A stretch of DNA of 64,000 bases from contig CAZFJP010000010.1 of assembly GCA_964518965.1 (NCBI GenBank), positions 30,787 to 94,786 on the forward strand. The letters run 5' to 3'. The notes beneath the pieces were generated by a model, which was given only the letters and a program-made list of their open reading frames with translations, had not been told where the DNA came from and searched no databases. A program made the position numbers and the translations under genes. Origin of the DNA: an uncultured Candidatus Saccharibacteria bacterium (GTDB lineage: Bacteria; Patescibacteriota; SOKK01). Within the stretch, counting starts at the first letter, position 1. Each line of letters starts with the position of its first letter. Positions 35,798 through 45,481 of the stretch are shown in pieces.

Positions 35798-38623
35798 TTA
35801 TTTTTTTTCTTCTTCTGGAACCTCCGGAATATTAGTGCTTTCCCCTGAAAGAATGTTATCAATATTTTTAGTATCTAAAACTTTGTAAGATTTTCCTTCT
35901 ACTTTGATACTGTCTTCACGAGGAGGAAAGGTTAAAGAAGTTTTTGGTCGTGGACGAGATGGTGAATAACGGTCGGGACGATGATGATAAAAGTTTTGAC
36001 TACTTCTGGAATGACTGCGACGTTTGTGGTTCTTTTCCCGGCGTGCCCGTTCTTCTTTGACACTTTCAATTGTGGCTTCACTCCAACGTCCGATTTTTTC
36101 TTCAATTACTTCTCTTCTGCGTCCATAACGTTCTCGAGATACTCGGACGGCTTTATCGTGATTATTAGTAATATCAGTATAAGGTTCAAGTGTAGTAGCA
36201 CTAAATGCTCTACTGGTTATGCCGTCAATAGCAAGTTTAACGTAAATGTCATATTTATCAAGATCAACCAAATCCATTGCAGTGATTGTTGGCATCGTTT
36301 CCTGTTCAATAAATTCAGCATCAACAGCACCTATTCTAAAAATAATCATCGTGCCAACATTGCCAAATACTGCATCACGTACTTCTTCCTCCATTTGAGT
36401 AATGTACTGATGGGCAATTGTTAAACTTAGACGATATTTGCGGGCTTCAGAAAGAATTGTAGCAAAAGACTCGGTTGCAAAGTTTTGAAATTCATCAACG
36501 AAAAGGTAGAAATCTTTACGTTTATGTTCTGGTATATAAGCGCGACGCATTGCTCCTAATTGCATTTTGGTGATTAACATTGCTCCGAGCAAAGCACTAT
36601 TATCTTCACCAATGCGACCCTTACTGAGATTAACCAAAAGAATTTTTCCTTGATCCATAATCTCTTCGATGTCAATAGTACTTTTGGTCTGACCCAGAAT
36701 ATTGCGCATTATTGGATTGCTAACGAATTGTCCAACTTTATTTTGAATTGGAGCAACAGCTTCGGCGCGCAAGCGATCATTATAATTAGCAAATTCATTT
36801 ATCCAAAAGGCTTTTACAACTGGATCTTTGATTGTTTTAATAACCTTCTTGCGGTATTCGCTGTCAGAAAGCATGCGCAGAATACCGAGAATTGTTGAGC
36901 TGGGATATTCAAGTAGGGCTAAGATTGTATAACGTAAAATGTATTCCAAACGCGGTCCCCAAGATTCGGCCCAAATCTTTTTAAAGATACCAATTAAACC
37001 AGAGGCAACCAATCCTCTAAATTCCGGGTCAACGTTTTCCAAGACATTGAAACCAATGGGAAAATCTTGGTCGGAGGGATTGAAGTAAACGACGTCATTA
37101 ATACGGTTATTGGGAATAAAGTCTAATACTCTCTCGGCAAGATCGCCGTGAGGGTCAACTAATGCTACTCCTTTATTGCGACGGATATCAGAAATGATCA
37201 TATTGCCTAACATTGCGGTTTTACCCATACCAGTTTTACCAATGACGTAGATATGACGGGTACGATCTTCGTCTTTAATACCAAAAGGAACTTTGTTCTC
37301 GCGGAAGTTGGTTTGAGCAAAAATCGTTAAGTCCTCAGTTGAACCCTCAATTGGCAGGTTAACTGGTGCAGCAGCACGTTTAGAAGTAATTTTGTGAATG
37401 GTAGGAACTTTGACGTGGATCTCTGGCAAGTGATAAATAGTTGCTAATTCTTCGGTATTTAAGACAATACCACGGTCCCAGTAGCTAAATTCTCGTTGTT
37501 GAAATTGCTTTAGAAATTTGCGCTTTTTCCAATTGGTCCAGAATTTTAGTTCAAACCAGCCTATTTTTCCTTTGGTAAACTCAGCAAATTTGAAAGCGTT
37601 TAAATTATTAGTTTTAAATTGTTGAAATGCACCAACAATTTGAGGGATTCTTGTTTTAAGTGAGAAAACGTCTTTATCAGCCATGTAAAGGATGCGGATT
37701 TTGCACTCATAGCCCGGTTTAGAAATTTTTTGGCCAACACGCATAACAATCTCACGTTCAGTATCAATAAGAAGTGGCAGACGTTCAAATTCATTCTTTT
37801 GAGTGGACGGAGTTTCCGATTCTACGCCCATGGTGCTCGAAACAGTTCTACTGATTGTTTCTTGAGTAAGCGCTAACGCGTTACTTAAAGCACCTGCTTT
37901 TACTTCTGGTTTCTCGCCTTTAATCTCATTAATAATATTCTCCCCCTCTTTGATCCAATAATCATCGACAGTCGGACGAGTAAGGATCTGGATCCAGTAC
38001 TGTTCTTTTTCGCCAATCCGATTCATGATGGAGGTTAATCCTTCCATTGCATCAATACGTGCTTCTTCAGTTTTCACCTGACGCTCGATTTCTGGATAGG
38101 AGCGAATTGGATAGGCGTTTTCTTTGAAGAAGCGGAACTCAAAACCGGCCATATCATGTTTGTTCCAGTCAAAAGTGTTAGTATAATCTTTCACTTCTTC
38201 AATTTCGGCATCGGGGTAAGCCGCGTGGATTTGGCTAATAATAATATCTTTGAAGTTATCTGGAACACCGACGAGATAATAAATTTGCCCGCCAATAGAG
38301 ACAATTTCCCAGCTAACATGTTCCAAAACCTGTCCCTTCCAATACAAATCAAATCCCTCAATAGGCTGCCACATTCCTTGGATATTGGCGAACATTTGTT
38401 CTGCAGTAAGAGGGGTTTTTTCATTCTCGCGCGGCACTTGAATTTTAAGTATGGTGTGCTTTTGTTTACTTATCCAGATGCGGCGACGAGTATCGAGATA
38501 TAGCGGGAAAAGGACGAAATAAACCAAGATACCAAAAAGTCCCCACCAACCATAGTGGAAGGTGAGGGTTGCAGTGGCGATAATTCCATTGAGGAAACTT
38601 TTGAGAATTTCGTTAATTTCCAT
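35798..38623 (-). CDS. Membrane-anchored FtsK/HerA-superfamily ATPase of the VirD4/TraG/TrwB (type IV coupling protein) type, with a roughly 430-aa N-terminal domain of unknown function
   Basis: Two N-terminal TMs. Walker A block HIYVIGKTGMGKTAMLGN...VALVDPHGDLAE resembles TrwB. Walker B YLFVDEFQNF. RKYRLSLTIAHQYITQM resembles the TraG/VirD4 C-terminal motif. Basic low-complexity tail. Confidence 0.6.
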   Translation of the reverse strand: MEINEILKSFLNGIIATATLTFHYGWWGLFGILVYFVLFPLYLDTRRRIWISKQKHTILKIQVPRENEKTPLTAEQMFANIQGMWQPIEGFDLYWKGQVLEHVSWEIVSIGGQIYYLVGVPDNFKDIIISQIHAAYPDAEIEEVKDYTNTFDWNKHDMAGFEFRFFKENAYPIRSYPEIERQVKTEEARIDAMEGLTSIMNRIGEKEQYWIQILTRPTVDDYWIKEGENIINEIKGEKPEVKAGALSNALALTQETISRTVSSTMGVESETPSTQKNEFERLPLLIDTEREIVMRVGQKISKPGYECKIRILYMADKDVFSLKTRIPQIVGAFQQFKTNNLNAFKFAEFTKGKIGWFELKFWTNWKKRKFLKQFQQREFSYWDRGIVLNTEELATIYHLPEIHVKVPTIHKITSKRAAAPVNLPIEGSTEDLTIFAQTNFRENKVPFGIKDEDRTRHIYVIGKTGMGKTAMLGNMIISDIRRNKGVALVDPHGDLAERVLDFIPNNRINDVVYFNPSDQDFPIGFNVLENVDPEFRGLVASGLIGIFKKIWAESWGPRLEYILRYTILALLEYPSSTILGILRMLSDSEYRKKVIKTIKDPVVKAFWINEFANYNDRLRAEAVAPIQNKVGQFVSNPIMRNILGQTKSTIDIEEIMDQGKILLVNLSKGRIGEDNSALLGAMLITKMQLGAMRRAYIPEHKRKDFYLFVDEFQNFATESFATILSEARKYRLSLTIAHQYITQMEEEVRDAVFGNVGTMIIFRIGAVDAEFIEQETMPTITAMDLVDLDKYDIYVKLAIDGITSRAFSATTLEPYTDITNNHDKAVRVSRERYGRRREVIEEKIGRWSEATIESVKEERARREKNHKRRSHSRSSQNFYHHRPDRYSPSRPRPKTSLTFPPREDSIKVEGKSYKVLDTKNIDNILSGESTNIPEVPEEEKK

Positions 38624-38642
38624 TAATTTAATTTAGGGGTTC

Positions 38643-39767
38643 TCAGCATTTGAGCTGGTACTTGCCGTTACTGTTTTTCTGGAAAGCGGGATTATTTCTG
38701 AGGTTGAAGGTGACGGTGTTCTTTTTAACTTGGCGTTTTTCCAAAACTTTTTCGATGATTTCTTTCTCCCTCATTGGACCGTTTTCTTTGAGAAGACGCT
38801 TGATGATGTCGGAAACAGTTCCTTCTTCATAGCCCCATTCCTTCAGGGCATAGATTCCTCTTCCGATTAAGACAATGTTAGGATCACGAATTAATTCGTT
38901 ATGAACTGTCTTGACAGTCGCCTTGCGGGCAAATTTAGATTCGTTGACTTTCTTAGCAATTTCTACAAAATGCATTGGTTTACCATAAGCACGCATTTCT
39001 AGGAGAATAACATCGCGAACACTTCTGGGTTGTACTTCACGCCAAGTTTTTAATCCCCATTTGTTCTCTTCTACTTCAATTATTTTATGTCCTGTTTCCA
39101 TACAGGCACGAATGAAATCGGGGTTCAGAACAGATTTATTTTTTTCGTAGAAAGGATGATTTTTCAATGAGGCGACTACTTGATTATGATCAGTTAATTG
39201 GTGTTCTTTTTCCAAAATTTCTTTTAAAACATCAATAGTGGGGAGAACTAATTCTTTAGGTGTACCTTTCAGACTCCAGGAAGGTAAAAGCTCAGGGTGT
39301 TTTTCCATTACTTCTAATTCTTCCTCTATCTCAAGCAATAAGCGAACGATATTTTTGTTAGCTTCATTCTCCTCTGAGGCAGAAAGAACAATACTGATTA
39401 GTTTATCCTCAGTAATTAAACCAGCGTTGTTTTTGATACTTTCAATAATTAACTGGCGGGTTGCTCTAAAGTTCTCGGTTTTAGCTTTTTGGGACATTTT
39501 TTTGAGAGCATTGTTGACAATTTGGCGAACTCTTTCTCTGGTTACTCCTTCTTCTCTGCCGATTTTTTGGAGAGTTTTTGGTTTACCATCTAAAAGTCCG
39601 AAGCGTTTTAGGATAATCTTCTTTTCTCTCTCACGCAAGGTACCCAAGAGAAAATCTAAAGCTTCCTTAGGGCTAAAATTTTGGATTAAAGACTCGGTTT
39701 CAGAGACAAGAATATTATCCAATATGGAACTAGGAGTTCCAGTTGAAGTGGTGGTTTTCTTTTGCAT
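38643..39767 (-). CDS. DNA-binding protein with sigma-70 region-4 HTH followed by two HARE-HTH-like domains
   Basis: TLQKIGREEGVTRERVRQIVNNALKKM matches the sigma region-4 signature. Two downstream modules end in ...NKWGLKTW and ...GIYALKEWG (HARE-HTH-like). A TTGGCA-15-TATAAT promoter and a hairpin-containing 5' UTR are upstream. It is 20 nt upstream of the ATPase gene. Confidence 0.55.
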   Translation of the reverse strand: MQKKTTTSTGTPSSILDNILVSETESLIQNFSPKEALDFLLGTLREREKKIILKRFGLLDGKPKTLQKIGREEGVTRERVRQIVNNALKKMSQKAKTENFRATRQLIIESIKNNAGLITEDKLISIVLSASEENEANKNIVRLLLEIEEELEVMEKHPELLPSWSLKGTPKELVLPTIDVLKEILEKEHQLTDHNQVVASLKNHPFYEKNKSVLNPDFIRACMETGHKIIEVEENKWGLKTWREVQPRSVRDVILLEMRAYGKPMHFVEIAKKVNESKFARKATVKTVHNELIRDPNIVLIGRGIYALKEWGYEEGTVSDIIKRLLKENGPMREKEIIEKVLEKRQVKKNTVTFNLRNNPAFQKNSNGKYQLKC

Positions 39768-40053
39768 AAAAATTCTCCTTGACTCCCGCCCAGAGGCGGA
39801 AATTAATTTAATTATAGATAAGTGATTAAGATGCCAAAAATAAAAAATGAGAGGATTTTTCCTTCCCTATCGTATCATAACGGCTTTGATTATACACTAT
39901 CTATAATTACTTGTCAAGAGTTTCAATTTTGAAGGTTCTGTTCTGTAATGTTGCGGCCGCAAATAGTATTAGTAGCACAACTAGTACACAATGTTACTTA
40001 ATTATATCAAAAAAACCGCTAATTGTCAATGAAATTAGGCGGTTAAACATGAA

Positions 40054-40095
40054 TTAAGGGAGTATGTCTAGATAATATTCCAGCTACTCCCTTAA
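40054..40095. promoter_or_regulatory. 11-bp perfect inverted repeat TTAAGGGAGTA (20 nt) TACTCCCTTAA
   Basis: Seen directly. Lies in the 437-nt intergenic region upstream of the sigma4/HARE gene. Confidence 0.3.
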
Positions 40096-40204
40096 TCCGT
40101 TTGTCCAAACCACACTCCGGTCTATCTGGCCTATGTGGGGTTTTGTCGGGCTAACCTTGTAATTTGTCACAGATGAAACTCTGCGCTTAAGAACTTAGTT
40201 TAAT

Positions 40205-40420
40205 TTACCATTCGCCTAAGGTATTACCTTGTTTGTCTTTAAAGGATCCAGTTAAAATCATAATCACGTCCACTAACCAACCAATACCAAAGACTCCACC
40301 CGTGAGTAACCAAACGATACCAGTACCAATTTTACCCACATAGAAACGATGCACTCCTAGGCCTCCTAAAAAGAAGCATAAGAGAAAGACAATTAATCTC
40401 TTTTTTTCTTGTTCTGCCAT
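40205..40420 (-). CDS. TM2-domain small membrane protein
   Basis: [36 protein letters not shown]. Confidence 0.75.
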   Translation of the reverse strand: MAEQEKKRLIVFLLCFFLGGLGVHRFYVGKIGTGIVWLLTGGVFGIGWLVDVIMILTGSFKDKQGNTLGEW

Positions 40421-40440
40421 TTAGTTTTCACCTCCTTATA

Positions 40441-40538
40441 AACAAATTAAAAATTAAAAAGAGTAAAAATTAAAAAATAAGTCCGGATCTTCTAGGATTT
40501 AGTTTTTAAATTTTGATTTTTTAACTTTTAAGTTTTTT
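40441..40538. repeat. Copy E (diverged) of the A-tract/T-tract palindromic repeat family, 3' of tRNA-Gln
   Basis: aaattaaaaattaaaaagagtaaaaattaaaaaataag, centre agtccggatcttctaggattt, then ttagtttttaaattttgattttttaacttttaag. Confidence 0.3.
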
Positions 40539-40539
40539 A

Positions 40540-40613
40540 TGGCTCGGGGACTAGGATTCGAACCTAGATTAACAGGACCAAAACCTGTCGTCCTACCATT
40601 AGACGATCCCCGA
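40540..40613 (-). tRNA. tRNA-Gln (anticodon UUG), CCA encoded, U1-A72
   Basis: TCGGGGATCGTCTAATGGTAGGACGACAGGTTTTGGTCCTGTTAATCTAGGTTCGAATCCTAGTCCCCGAGCCA. Confidence 0.85.
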
Positions 40614-40617
40614 ATAT

Positions 40618-42015
40618 TTACTTTTTCCTTATTCTGTATCCTCTTTCAGTATCCTCTATTTCAAACCCTTTGCTTTCAATTTCTTTTCTTAACTTATCGG
40701 CCTTAGCAAAATCCTTATCTTTGCGAGCTTTTTCGCGTTTACTGGCAAGGTTTTTAATTGGGTCAGGAATATCAATTGATATTGGTTCAGCAAAGTTAGT
40801 ACCAAGAATTTTGTCAGCGGCATCGAGAAGTTTTTTACTTGTAGTATGAGTAACAATTGCAATTGCTTCTGGGGTATTTAAATCATCTTCAATTGCTTTT
40901 TCTAAATTAACGATATCTTTTGAAACATCTTTATTCTCAATTTGTTTATTTCTAGCTAAATTCCAAACTCTTTCCAAGGTTGTCCTTGCTTGTTTTAAAC
41001 TTCCTTTACTAAAATTAATTTTGGAATTATATTTTCCGCTGAGAATTGAGATTTTAAATTCATTTTGGCTATATCCCATTTTCTCAATATCATCTAAGGT
41101 ATAGATGTTTCCACGTGATTTAGCCATCTTTTCGTTGTTGATAAGCATATGGCGACGGTGGATCCAATATCTAACAAATGGTGACTTGCCAGTAGTGGCT
41201 TCCGATTGGGCAATTTCGTCTTCATGGTGTGGGAAAATGTTGTCTTCTCCACCAGTATGAATATCTATTTGAGGACCTAAATATTTGATACTCATTGCGG
41301 AACACTCAATATGCCAACCAGGATATCCTCTGCCCCAGGGGCTACCCCATTGCATTAAATGTTCTTTTGGTGCTTTAATCCAAAGAGCAAAGTCATAAGG
41401 AGTTTTCTTTTCCGGGTCTATCTTAATTCTTTTACCTTTCTCTAATTTTGCTAAAGTATTTCCTGATAGCTTACCGTAGTTTTTAAATTTGCTGACGTTG
41501 TAATAAATACCTTTTGAGGTTTCATAGGCATAACCTTTCTTGAGAAGTTTTTTAATCATTTCGATCATTTCTGGGATATGTTCAGTGGCACGGGCAATTA
41601 TGGTACGGTTATTATTTTTAATCGTGCCTTTTTCGATATCGTAAGCATCAGCGATCTTTAGGTTTAGTTTTTTAGCTGCTTTAAAAAATTCTTTTTCATA
41701 CGCACGAGCGATTTCTTGTGGTCCCTTTCCTTCTTTTTTTGCCTGGGCGATAATTTTGTCTTCGCCTTCATCAGATGTTGATAGATCATCTTTGGTTAGA
41801 TGGCCAACATCAGTAATGTTCATTACTCGTTTTACTTTATAACCTTTGTATTCTAGATAACGAACAAGAATATCGGACATAATATAACGCGCTAGATTAC
41901 CTAAATGGGGCTTACCGTAGACAGTAGGTCCACAATCGTACATTAAGACAACCTTGTCTTTTATTGGTTTAAAAGGTTCTTTTCGCTTAGTTAGAGTATT
42001 ATATAGTTCTAACAT
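40618..42015 (-). CDS. cysS: Cysteinyl-tRNA synthetase
   Basis: HLGN and KMAKSRGN (HIGH/KMSKS class I motifs). Confidence 0.9.
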   Translation of the reverse strand: MLELYNTLTKRKEPFKPIKDKVVLMYDCGPTVYGKPHLGNLARYIMSDILVRYLEYKGYKVKRVMNITDVGHLTKDDLSTSDEGEDKIIAQAKKEGKGPQEIARAYEKEFFKAAKKLNLKIADAYDIEKGTIKNNNRTIIARATEHIPEMIEMIKKLLKKGYAYETSKGIYYNVSKFKNYGKLSGNTLAKLEKGKRIKIDPEKKTPYDFALWIKAPKEHLMQWGSPWGRGYPGWHIECSAMSIKYLGPQIDIHTGGEDNIFPHHEDEIAQSEATTGKSPFVRYWIHRRHMLINNEKMAKSRGNIYTLDDIEKMGYSQNEFKISILSGKYNSKINFSKGSLKQARTTLERVWNLARNKQIENKDVSKDIVNLEKAIEDDLNTPEAIAIVTHTTSKKLLDAADKILGTNFAEPISIDIPDPIKNLASKREKARKDKDFAKADKLRKEIESKGFEIEDTERGYRIRKK

Positions 42016-42086
42016 TTGAAATTAAGTCAGAGGTCAGAGATATAAGGGTTGAAGTCTGAAGTTTTAAGTTTCAGTCTTCTACCTTT

Positions 42087-42692
42087 TTAATAATTTCTTC
42101 TCTCTTCCAATGATCTCGTTAAGGTTACTTCATCTGCATATTCCAAATCTCCTCCCATCGGTAGTCCCCTTGCAATGCGAGTCACTTTTAATCCTAACGG
42201 TTTAATTAATTTTGCAATATACATTGCGGTTGCTTCACCTTCTAAACTGGGATTAGTGGCGATAATTACTTCTTTGATTTCACCATTGTGTTTTTTGAGA
42301 GTTGTGAGAAGTTCTTTAATTTTTAATTCTTGTGGTCCGATTCCTTCCAATGGGGAAATTACTCCACCAAGAACATGATAGAGTCCTTTGTAATGATCGG
42401 TTTTCTCCAATGCAACAACGTCCATTGGTTCTTCAACGACACAAATCTTTGATTGATCGCGAGAAATATCACTACAAATCTGACAAGGATCACATTCAGC
42501 AATGTTAAAACAGCGAGAGCAAAAGACAAGGTTTTCTTGTAGGTCACAAACAGCTTTACTAAAGCTTTTTAAGTCGTCTTTTTTTGCTTTCAGTAAGTAA
42601 AAAGTCAACCGCTGAGCAGAACGAGGACCTATGCCTGGCAGTTTAGAAAACTCTTCTATTAGATTACGGACTGATTTAGGGATGAAGTTCAT
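42087..42692 (-). CDS. recR: Recombination protein RecR
   Basis: [17 protein letters not shown] HhH, C4 zinc finger ([16 protein letters not shown]), and Toprim domain. Confidence 0.9.
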   Translation of the reverse strand: MNFIPKSVRNLIEEFSKLPGIGPRSAQRLTFYLLKAKKDDLKSFSKAVCDLQENLVFCSRCFNIAECDPCQICSDISRDQSKICVVEEPMDVVALEKTDHYKGLYHVLGGVISPLEGIGPQELKIKELLTTLKKHNGEIKEVIIATNPSLEGEATAMYIAKLIKPLGLKVTRIARGLPMGGDLEYADEVTLTRSLEERRNY

Positions 42693-42711
42693 GCGATAAA
42701 ACCAAAAATTA

Positions 42712-42823
42712 AAATGCAAAAAACAAAAGTAGAAGCAAAATTCAAAAATAAATTACCACTTAGCTTATAAATATATTTTTCTTTTTGCTTTCACTTTTGA
42801 TTTCTGATTTTTGCTTTTTGTAT
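42712..42823. repeat. Copy D of the palindromic repeat family (between ybaB and recR)
   Basis: gcaaaaaacaaaagtagaagcaaaattcaaaaataaa with inverted partner ttttgctttcacttttgatttctgatttttgctttttg. Confidence 0.4.
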
Positions 42824-43105
42824 TTATAATCCAAAATTCCCTATCATTCCCCTCATCTTCTTCGCGATTACTTTTTGGGATTCTTTGGTAGCTTTATTAA
42901 GGACGCTTTTTAACTTCTCACCTGTTTTTTCTTTATCCGAAAAATCAAAGTCATCATCAAAGCTGATGGATTGAATTTCCTGCGCGCCGTTCATTATGAC
43001 TTTAATACCATCATTTTGATATTCAATGATTTCCTCTTCCATTTGCTTTTTTAAAATCTGGGCTTGTTTTTGCATCTCGCGTATTTGTTGAAGTTTCTCA
43101 AACAT
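42824..43105 (-). CDS. ybaB: Nucleoid-associated protein YbaB/EbfC
   Basis: MFEKLQQIREMQKQAQILKKQMEEEI... Usual ybaB-recR pairing. Confidence 0.85.
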   Translation of the reverse strand: MFEKLQQIREMQKQAQILKKQMEEEIIEYQNDGIKVIMNGAQEIQSISFDDDFDFSDKEKTGEKLKSVLNKATKESQKVIAKKMRGMIGNFGL

Positions 43106-43214
43106 AGCAATCTCCTTTAATTTATAATAGTTTATCACTCCGTTGCATGACGGTGTCTCTCTGAGATTTTGAGGGACACTTAAGTATAACTTGGACGACA
43201 GGGTAAAAAATAAG

Positions 43215-44735
43215 TTAATTTACTTTACTCTTTTTTACTCTTTCATAATAAATTAAACTTTCTTTACCAAACTGATAAGTATTTTTAATTTGATATTGGT
43301 TTAGTTTTGGCAGTTTTAGTCCATACTCATTGAAATCAGAAGTACGAATTTCCCAGAAGTTTTTGGTGTTTTTGAGATATTTACTGATGTCGGTAATAAG
43401 CTCATTGTTACTCAAAAGAGCGCTGCCGCCGTAGTGTGGTAGCTCTCCAGAGGGAGTGTATACTGCCGATTTTTGCTCATTTTTATTATAGTATTGAAAG
43501 ACAATGAAAGTAAAGGAAGCAGAGTGGATAATTTTCTCACCTGGGCGATAATACTGCTGAAGTGTTTGATTTAGTTCTCTCATACCAATTTGTTTTGGAT
43601 CCAGACCAAAAACATTAGTACAGGCAGTCGCGATAACTATTCCAGTGGTTACAAATAGTATCGGCATTAGGATTTTGTTTTTTAATTTAGCAACAAAGTA
43701 AGCAAAAAGAATAAATTCAAAGGTGCCAGCAAAGATGAAATAACGGTCTAAGAAAACCGAGCGAGAAATTGAAACTAGTGCCCCAAGAATAAAGGGAATA
43801 AAAAGACAGTTTAGGACTAGTATTAGAGCAATTTTTTGTTGTGGTTTTTGTGACTTTAAACTACGAGTTGCTAAGAAACTAACTAGAAGAATAAGAATAA
43901 AAGGTAAAACAAGAATAGCGAGGGTTTTAATTTCAATACTGCCAATAGTAATCACCAAAAAAGTGCGAAAAAAGCTAATGACCGACAGTGCTGGAATCCA
44001 GTAATCTTTTTTTACTTGCTGAAGTTGTTTTAAAAAAACCATCAGCCATGGTAAGTAGAAAACAATGGTGAGAAATAAACTGAGAAAGAAATAGCCAATT
44101 TTTTGAGACAGGAATTGTCGTGTTTTTTTGTCAACGATAAGAATGCCGAGAAGAATTCCGATAATTTGGGCAACTGTGGTAAAAGCTAAAAAGTAGTGAG
44201 TGTAGATACCAGTAACGGTAAAGATTAAGTAGCCCCCCAAATAAAAAAGCGTTTTGATTTTTTTCTTAGTCCAAAATGCTTGCCAGAGAAAGAAGGTAGA
44301 AGCGACTGCTAGGAATGCTCCTAACATATACATGCGACTCTCACGGCTGTATTGAATAAAGAATGGTGCAATTGTAATTAGAAAGCTTGCGATAAGAGCT
44401 ACTCTACTATTGAAAAGTTTTTTAACGAGTAGATAAACACTGATGATTAGTAAAATCCCAAAGATAACTGAGAAGCCGCGTAATGCCGTCTCGCTATCTC
44501 CTGCTATAAGAGTCCACCATCTTAGTAAAAAATAATAAAACGGTGGATGAACATCGAATTTTCCCAGTTCTATGATTTGAGTTAAGGAATGTTTTACCAT
44601 CTCGGCACTAAATGCTTCATCATACCAGAGGGCGTTTTTGGTGATCTGAAACAAACGTAAAAATCCTCCGAGGATAATAATAGCGGTGAGGATTAAGAAG
44701 TTAGAGCCTTTGAGTTTTGAGAGAGGCTTTATCAT
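43215..44735 (-). CDS. GT-C fold membrane glycosyltransferase (GT39/ArnT/PMT-like)
   Basis: At least 11 TMs with a first-loop motif ALWYDEAFSAEM (DE motif). Confidence 0.65.
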   Translation of the reverse strand: MIKPLSKLKGSNFLILTAIIILGGFLRLFQITKNALWYDEAFSAEMVKHSLTQIIELGKFDVHPPFYYFLLRWWTLIAGDSETALRGFSVIFGILLIISVYLLVKKLFNSRVALIASFLITIAPFFIQYSRESRMYMLGAFLAVASTFFLWQAFWTKKKIKTLFYLGGYLIFTVTGIYTHYFLAFTTVAQIIGILLGILIVDKKTRQFLSQKIGYFFLSLFLTIVFYLPWLMVFLKQLQQVKKDYWIPALSVISFFRTFLVITIGSIEIKTLAILVLPFILILLVSFLATRSLKSQKPQQKIALILVLNCLFIPFILGALVSISRSVFLDRYFIFAGTFEFILFAYFVAKLKNKILMPILFVTTGIVIATACTNVFGLDPKQIGMRELNQTLQQYYRPGEKIIHSASFTFIVFQYYNKNEQKSAVYTPSGELPHYGGSALLSNNELITDISKYLKNTKNFWEIRTSDFNEYGLKLPKLNQYQIKNTYQFGKESLIYYERVKKSKVN

Positions 44736-45481
44736 TTCTTATATTTTCCGGTAATCACATTCCATTTTACCTTTATTACATCTCCTATTGCTTTCAAATA
44801 CACTTTAGTAAAGGAAAGTTTTGTTTTGGAAATATCAGTCCAGGTGATTCCTACTTCTTTAATTCTAAACCCTAATTGTTTTCCGATTGCCAACGTTTCC
44901 ATATCAAACACCCATCCTTTTATTTTCTGCTTTGGAAAAATTGATTTAGCAGCTTCCTTTGTAAAACATTTAAAACCGCACTGGGTATCCTTGATACCCC
45001 AGAGAACAAGAGATTGGATTAAGATGTTTCCCATTTTACCGAGAATACGACGAATCCAGGGTTGCGGTACTCTAATAATACTTTCCGGCATAGCGCGGGA
45101 GCCGATGACAATATGATAACCTTGCCTGAAATAGGGCAATAATTTGGCAATTTCATCAATTCTAGTTGCATTATCAGCATCCATGAAAAGCACATACTTC
45201 CCTCTCGCTTCCATTGCGCCATGAGCAACACTATAGCCTTTTCCTTGGTTAGATTCATTTTCTACCAGCCGTAGGTTTTCCATCACCTGCTTTTTTTGTT
45301 TTACAATTTCTCTTGTACTATCGGTACTTCCATCATCAACGATGATAATTTCCGAGGTAAAAGGTTGTTTTAAGAGAAACTGATAAACATCAACAAGAGT
45401 ATCGCCTAAAACATTTTCCTCATTGTAAGCAGGGATAATCACTGATAAGTCAATTTGTTTATCGGGATTTGAGTTGATCAT
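44732..45481 (-). CDS. GT2 polyprenyl-phosphate glycosyltransferase (ArnC/DPM1-like)
   Basis: LSVIIPAYNEE...IIIVDDGSTDST...YVLFMDADN. C-terminal amphipathic/TM segment. Confidence 0.8.
   Translation of the reverse strand: MINSNPDKQIDLSVIIPAYNEENVLGDTLVDVYQFLLKQPFTSEIIIVDDGSTDSTREIVKQKKQVMENLRLVENESNQGKGYSVAHGAMEARGKYVLFMDADNATRIDEIAKLLPYFRQGYHIVIGSRAMPESIIRVPQPWIRRILGKMGNILIQSLVLWGIKDTQCGFKCFTKEAAKSIFPKQKIKGWVFDMETLAIGKQLGFRIKEVGITWTDISKTKLSFTKVYLKAIGDVIKVKWNVITGKYKK

Noticed and set aside
38643-39767. Calling the sigma4-containing protein a bona fide sigma factor
   Set aside because: Only a region-4-like HTH is recognisable. Regions 2 and 3 (-10 recognition and core binding) are absent, and the rest matches HARE-HTH-type modules. 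It is better described as a DNA-binding regulator.
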